Source: Emiliania huxleyi CCMP1516 (taxonomy: Eukaryota). From it: a DNA stretch of 64,000 nt. Location: NCBI RefSeq assembly GCF_000372725.1, contig NW_005201792.1, positions 561,440-625,439 of the forward strand. The letters run 5' to 3'. Under the pieces are notes generated by a model. The model saw nothing but the letters and a program-made list of their open reading frames with translations. It made no database searches and was not told the DNA's origin. Within the stretch, counting starts at the first letter, position 1. Each line of letters begins with the position of its first letter. The position numbers were made by a program, and so were the translations under genes. This document shows positions 58,225-64,000 of this stretch, one piece after another.

Positions 58225-58991
58225 CCGCCACCCACAAAGCGCCTGCTCTACTATCCCGTACCTGGCTGGCTGACGCTCGCCCCCCCCGCTCCACTTTCCC
58301 CTGACCATGCCCGTGATAGCACCATCACTGCCGCCGTCCTGATTTTGAACGTGGCAGCTAGACTCGGTAGTCGTGACCGCCCCCTGAGTGTGAGGAGCAG
58401 GAGAGAGAGAGCTTTGTGGTGTTGGTGTACGCAATAACAGGACAGGGTGGTTGTTCTCTCCATCTCCCCTTCTAGCTCTTAGCATGAGCTGCGCCCTGTG
58501 TCCGACCCCTTTTGCGCAGCAACACCTTAAGCTTTCAGGCCCTCCAAATTCGGGTCGGAGCGTAGCGGAGTGGGCCCCGAGTTTGAAAAGGGCGATGGAC
58601 GCTTGCGTCCTAGCCTCCAACAACGCCTCCCCGGCGCAGAGGGGCCCCCGGAGGGATGCTCAACCGCTCCACGCCACGCCGCTCGCGGCGGTCCTCTTCC
58701 CAGCTCCGCTGAGGGCCCACACGTTATATTGCCAGTACTCAAGTGTCGGCTCCCGAGCCAAGAAGCGCGCGATATTTTGTACTAGCTGAGGGGCTCGCTA
58801 AACGCTCGCCGAGCTCCATGCTGTGCAACACCACCTCCTCACTAATCGTCAGGGGCGCGGAGTGCGCAGTGCACCTGCGCAGCGGGGGCTCGCCCCCTGC
58901 AAGGGGAGGGCGGTCGGTGGCGGCGGCGGCGAGGCACGTTCGCGGTGGTATTTTGTATTGCAGCCCTTCGGCACTGGTACAACCTTCGATA

Positions 58992-60854
58992 ATGGGCCTG
59001 TCCCTCTCTTCTTCGCTGCGGATCGGCCTGCTCTCAGCCGCGGCTGGAACCGCTGCTGGCTTCTCCTTCGGCGCAGCTGCCGCCTCCGGGGTCCGCAGAA
59101 CCGCAAGCACCGGCCTGCGGCCCGCGTCGCTCGCTGCGCAGAGCAGTGCTGCCGCCGTGTCGTTTAAGGACGCTGGGCTGTGCAAGAAGCTCGACGTGCC
59201 AGCCGACCTGCTCGAGAAGGCTCGCAGCCGCACGTGGCCTGTGTGACACATCGCAACGTTGACTCTCGCACTTTACCGGCAGGTCGACGTCTTCATCTTT
59301 GACTGCGACGGCGTCATCTGGAAGGGCGACTCGCTCATCGACAAGGCCCGCACTCCCGCGCATAGATAGCTTCTGGCCTCTCATACATCGGCGTTCCTCA
59401 CGCTCAGGTGCCTGCCGTCCTGGCGATGCTGCGTGCGGCGGGCAAGAAGGTCTTCTTCGTCACAAACAACTCGACCAAGTCCAGGAAGGGCTACCTCGGC
59501 AAGTTCAAGTCGCTCGGACTAGAGGCGGAGAGGGAGAGGGAGGAGGGCGGCGGCATGCTAGACCTTGCTCACACCCCGCCGCCGCGACCTGCCAGGAGAC
59601 GCAGCCCGAGGAGATCTTCTCCTCCTCGTTTGCCGCCGCCGCCTACTTGGAGCAGGCAGCTGCAGGGCCCTCTTCCACCTGCCTTAGCACTCACCTCCCC
59701 CTCCCCCCCCCTGGCTCCCCACCCGCACCTTCGGCACGCGGCAGACCAAGTTCAAGGAGAGCGGCAAGAAGGTGTACATCATCGGCGAGGTTGGCATCGA
59801 GGAGGAGCTCGACATGATCGGGGTGCCGTGGATCGGAGGTGTGCCTCCGCCCTCGCGCTGGCTGTACCCGCCTCTCCTGCCGTGGCGCACGCCCTTGCCC
59901 TGTCCAGCAGCCGCTGCCGCTCAAAGTGCCGCCACGGTCACACTCTCCCTCGTACTTGCCGCCCTCCCCTCGCGCCTGCGCCACCGCCCCTGCGCCATCC
60001 GAACATCTCTCCGCCCGCAGGCGGCAGCGACGCGGGCAAGAAGATCGCACTCAAGTCCGGGTGCTGCCCCCCTCCGGTGCAGACAGGCTCGTGTCGTGCG
60101 CCCTCCAGCACCGACGCAGCACGCGCCTGCAGGTACGCGCTGCCGCACGACTCCGACGTGGGCGCCGTCATCGTCGGCTTTGACCGCGAGATCAACTACC
60201 ACAAGATCCAGTACGCGCAGCTCTGCATCAACGAGAACCCGGGCTGCGAGTTCATCGCCACCAACCTCGACGCAGTGACGCACCTCACCGACGCGCAGGA
60301 GCATCCCCTCCTCCACCCCCCTCCTCCACCCCCCTCCGCCACCCCCCTCCGCCACCACCAGAAGAGAGGGCTCCCCACTGGCCGGGGCCCTCCACCGGCG
60401 GCGCTCAGCCGCCCGCCCGCCCCTCCTTGCCGCGCGACGCCCCGCCCAGTCCGCGCCGCTCCCGCACCTCGAGCAGGAATGGGCGGGCAACGGCGCGATG
60501 GCCGGCGCCATCAAGGGCTGCACCGGCCGCGAGCCGACCCTCGTCGGCAAGCCCTCGCCGCTGATGATCGACTACATGGTCGAGAAGTTCGGCATCGAGC
60601 GGGGCCGCATCTGCATGGCGACCGCCGCCGCCGTGCCATGCTGTGCCGCTCCGCGCCGCCCCGCGCCCACACCCTACCCCGCCGTCTCTACGCAGGTGGG
60701 CGACCGGCTGGACACGGACATCCTGTTTGGGCAAAACAACGGCCTCCTCTCTTGCCTCACCCTCTCGGGGGTCACGACCGAGGAGAAGCTGCTCTCGCCC
60801 GAGAATGAGATCAAGCCCGACTTTTATGTGGACTCTCTCGCCGACTTTCTGTAG
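58992..60854 (+). CDS. PGLP: Phosphoglycolate phosphatase (HAD class IIA), plastid-targeted, multi-exon
   Basis: VDVFIFDCDGVIWKGDSLID, KKVFFVTNNSTKSR, FIATNLDAVTHLTDAQE/WAGNGAM, VGKPS and VGDRLDTDILFG. Signal peptide ends ..TAAG-F. Confidence 0.93.
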
Positions 60855-61773
60855 AGGGAAGCACACTCTACGCGCGGGGGTCTCACGGGAGGAAAAGATA
60901 TAAAGTGTGTCTCACCGACTGAATAAATAAACAAATAAAACGGACAAACTCTGACACTGAGACGAGATGGGATTTAGGGACATGTGTCCCCGCCCTGCAC
61001 GATCTTGGTGTGAGGATCTTGAATCCGTGTCCCCTCACCCCTCGTCACAACCCGACACGCGGAAGAGCGGTGCAAGAGAGTGGCGTGAGCCGTGAGGGCT
61101 CTTATAACCGCAAGAGAGCCAAGACTGCTTTTTGTGTGACATTCTAATATCGATCAACCCTCCCTCTCTCTCTCTTGAGACTCGGCTCTAGTGTCGGAGA
61201 GTGGATGTGAGTCAAAGATAGCCGGATCAAAATCAGCGCCGTGGCGACAACGACAAGGGGGGCTCTCCCAAGGCGGAGCCGTTCGATGTTCGAGGTGCTT
61301 GGACCTTGGTCGTGTACAGTGTTGGTTTCGGCGTAACGTAGGCTTGGTCAGGGCAGCATCTAGCTACTCTTGGATTTCCCGGAAGACAGCGTCAAGAAGA
61401 AGCTCACCCCAGAAGCACACGGAAAGAATGCTCCAGTCCTGAGCTTGAGCACCTAGACTACCTAGGGCAAGCGCGTAGATGCCGAAGCCCACGTTCTTGG
61501 ACAAGATCGCGGCGACTTGCATTCGAGGGGATCCGACGAAGGGATCGATGAAGGGGCCCAAAGGGGTCGATGCGTCCTCTTGGTCCTCTTGTGCCGCCTT
61601 GGTTTATTTTGTAGGCCGATTTTATTTTTTTGAGGGGTGCCCGGCGCCGAGCTTTTAGGGTCGGACCTCAAGACAGCCTTGTAGATCCCTGGGCCAGGGT
61701 GATGGCGTCCCCGTCGGGAGCGCTGTGTGTTGGTGGAGGAAGGACAGCAACCACAGGCAGGTGCCCGGCAGCG

Positions 61774-64000
61774 TCCCGCCACACGCACGATCCGGATGAC
61801 CTCTCTCCTCCGGATCCCAGTCAGCCCCGTGGGGCTAGTCCTCTCGTCTATAGCTAGCCTTTCAGTGTACGACTGTATGTATCTTTTTAGGGGAGAAGCG
61901 CGTGTGTGTGTTCTCTATAGATAGAGGCCCCAAAGGTAAAGCTCGAGCCCAAGGCTGCGTGAGAGCTCGGAAGCGAGCTTTGCACGGCGATCGAAGATCT
62001 CTCTCAGTGTGTAGGTACGACTTTGCGTTTTAGCTTCTCAGTGTGTACCCTCTCTCGCTCTCTCAATGTACGTAAGAGAGTGTGTGTGGCTATTCGCTCT
62101 TACGAATCTGCCTCTCGGAAGACGCGCGCCGGCCCGGGGAACTCGCTTGCGATCCCGTTCCAGCCACAGAGGCCGCGTGAGGCGTGTGGGACGGTGCACC
62201 CACGCTGGGGCCCGAGTGCACTGGCCACGCGTCTCGAGGGGAGGGCGGCTCGTAACTGAGGTTCGCCGTCAGAGACAGTCGTCCTCCCCTCAACCGTGGG
62301 GGGCGTACTGGCTTGATCCCACCGGCTAAGGGCGGGCAGTCTTCGTGACTGCTGTCACGCTAAGGCCGACGCACCCGATGAGAGGGGATCACGGGGTATA
62401 GACTCCGTACGCCCGGCCGGCTTAGCGGCTTACTAGGTCCCGCCCTTCTCTCGGAAGACGCGCGCCGGCCCGGGTGACTCGCTTGCGAGGTAGATCCCGT
62501 TCCAGCCAGAGGCCGCGTGACCACCATGTGGAGACGTCCGGCGGCGCCGAGGAGCGAGATCGTGCCGATCTCCTGGCAGATGATGTTGAGCACCTCGGCG
62601 ATGCGAGCGCGGCGGGAGGCGCCGCCGCCGAAGACGGAGTCGGCGACGCTCGAGACGACGCTGAAGGAGGGCGCGTTGGACGCCGGAGCGGGCGGGTCGT
62701 GCTGCGACGCGCCGAGCCGGCCGATGCTTGCTGTCGGCAACAGGTTGGAGAGCGCGCCAGTCGAGATGCCCCCGAGCCTTGCACTGACGACGGCACGCCA
62801 CGGGCTTCGCGTGAGGCGTGCGAGGCCGCGCGCGAAGTACGGTGGGGAACCCTTGCGTGTGATCTGTAGGTATTCATCCATTTTGCGCGTACTCGTGGTG
62901 TTGTAAGGACGTGCTGCTCTGAGAACCAGACGTCTCGAACACAGAGAGCCCGGCCCTTACGGAGTCGCGCACGCACAGGACACCACCAGAAACATAGACC
63001 ACCCATGGCAGTCCCCGTCGACGCGCGGGCGGCGAGTGGGATGGGGCTCGGCCCGCTTGCTCTGCGCACGTTAGCTACGCCGTGGGCTCAGGCCCCCCCG
63101 TTCTCACACCGACGCCGCTCGTTCAGGCCTCGCCGAACTCGAACTTGAACTCGTGGCCCTCCTCCTGCGAGGCCCACTTTGCGCCCGCGATCGTGAAATC
63201 GAAAGCCTTGCCATTCGCCTTGAGCTCCTTGGAGAGGTACTTCACGAAACGGCAGGCGGGGGTGGGACGCGGGCGCCTCAGAGGATGAGTTCGCTACACA
63301 TTACTATCAGCCACCTGCAAATGGCTTTTTTTTTGAGGCGCTGTTGCGGCAGTTGATGTGAACTCGTGTCGCCACACGCCAAGGGCGTATGCTCTGTCGA
63401 GACGTGAGGCGCCTGCGCCCAGGAGGGGAGGGCGCATGCGTAACGACGCTGCTAGAGAAGCCTTTCGGGGCCCAGAGATACAACTTCTGATGCCATGCGT
63501 GACCTAGTAGTGTCCCCAGCTATGGGCGTGTCCACGTTGGAGCCAGGTGTGGTGTGGACGCGAGAATAGCTCCGCCATTCATGGAGGCACCCGATGCGAG
63601 TCGACTGGTGTGTGTCGTCGTGGTTTCGTATCAAGAATACTCACTCACATACTCACATTGCGCCTTTCATAACAGGGGAGTTGTAGTCCATCAGCCCCGA
63701 CCGGCAGCACGCTGTTGGTCGGTTCGAGCGCCCGGTCTGCGTGGGCGCCTCTTCACCGCCTCCCTCCTTTGCCCCGAGCGTCGTTCCGCCCTCCATCCAC
63801 ACCATCCTCGAGCCACCATCTATGTCTCGCCTGACCACGACCTCACAAAGGCGCGCCGTGGCGACGCCCCCTCGCAGGGCCAGATCACTTTCCTGGTCGT
63901 AAAAGCTTGGCGCTACGAGAGGACCAAAGTGGTAAAGGTGGTACTCTCGCTGACCCCATCAAAAGCGTAAAAGCACCCGAGGCTCCACCTCCAGCAGAAA
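61774..64000. mobile_element. Large dispersed repeat, copy 2 (internally deleted; runs off the window)
   Basis: Colinear with 45642-49420 but lacks ~46310-47255 and ~48085-48610. Confidence 0.8.

Noticed and set aside
61050..61125. Weak resemblance to a tRNA/SINE
   Set aside because: No cloverleaf or convincing A/B boxes could be built.

Overview
GC-rich, intron-rich eukaryotic DNA with many GC-AG introns, short tandem repeats inside introns and bipartite plastid presequences. This pattern fits a haptophyte alga such as Emiliania/Gephyrocapsa huxleyi; the organism is inferred, not proven. About 20 protein-coding loci can be read through their introns: VAMP7-type longin SNARE, Clp1, calflagin-like EF-hand protein, two-repeat MYB, EED/ESC/FIE-like WD40, GT31 fragment, Cys-less pentameric ligand-gated ion channel, an adjacent ViaA-like VWA and RavA-like AAA+ pair, Mpv17, disrupted ankyrin gene, GT77-like transferase, ankyrin-TRP channel, PLAA/Doa1, amino-acid transporter, GT47 exostosin, FKBP and phosphoglycolate phosphatase. 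Several non-autonomous transposons and dispersed repeats lie between them. The standout is at 28237-29820 (-), which the ORF track splits at TGA codons. It reads as a Cys-type (omega/DHAR/lambda-like) glutathione transferase fused to MsrA, with in-frame TGA exactly at both catalytic Cys positions (U-P-F-A-Q-R and G-U-F-H) and a hand-foldable SECIS in the 3' UTR (28058-28140). It is therefore a candidate multi-selenocysteine GST-MsrA fusion. Exon boundaries were read by eye and are approximate unless stated.
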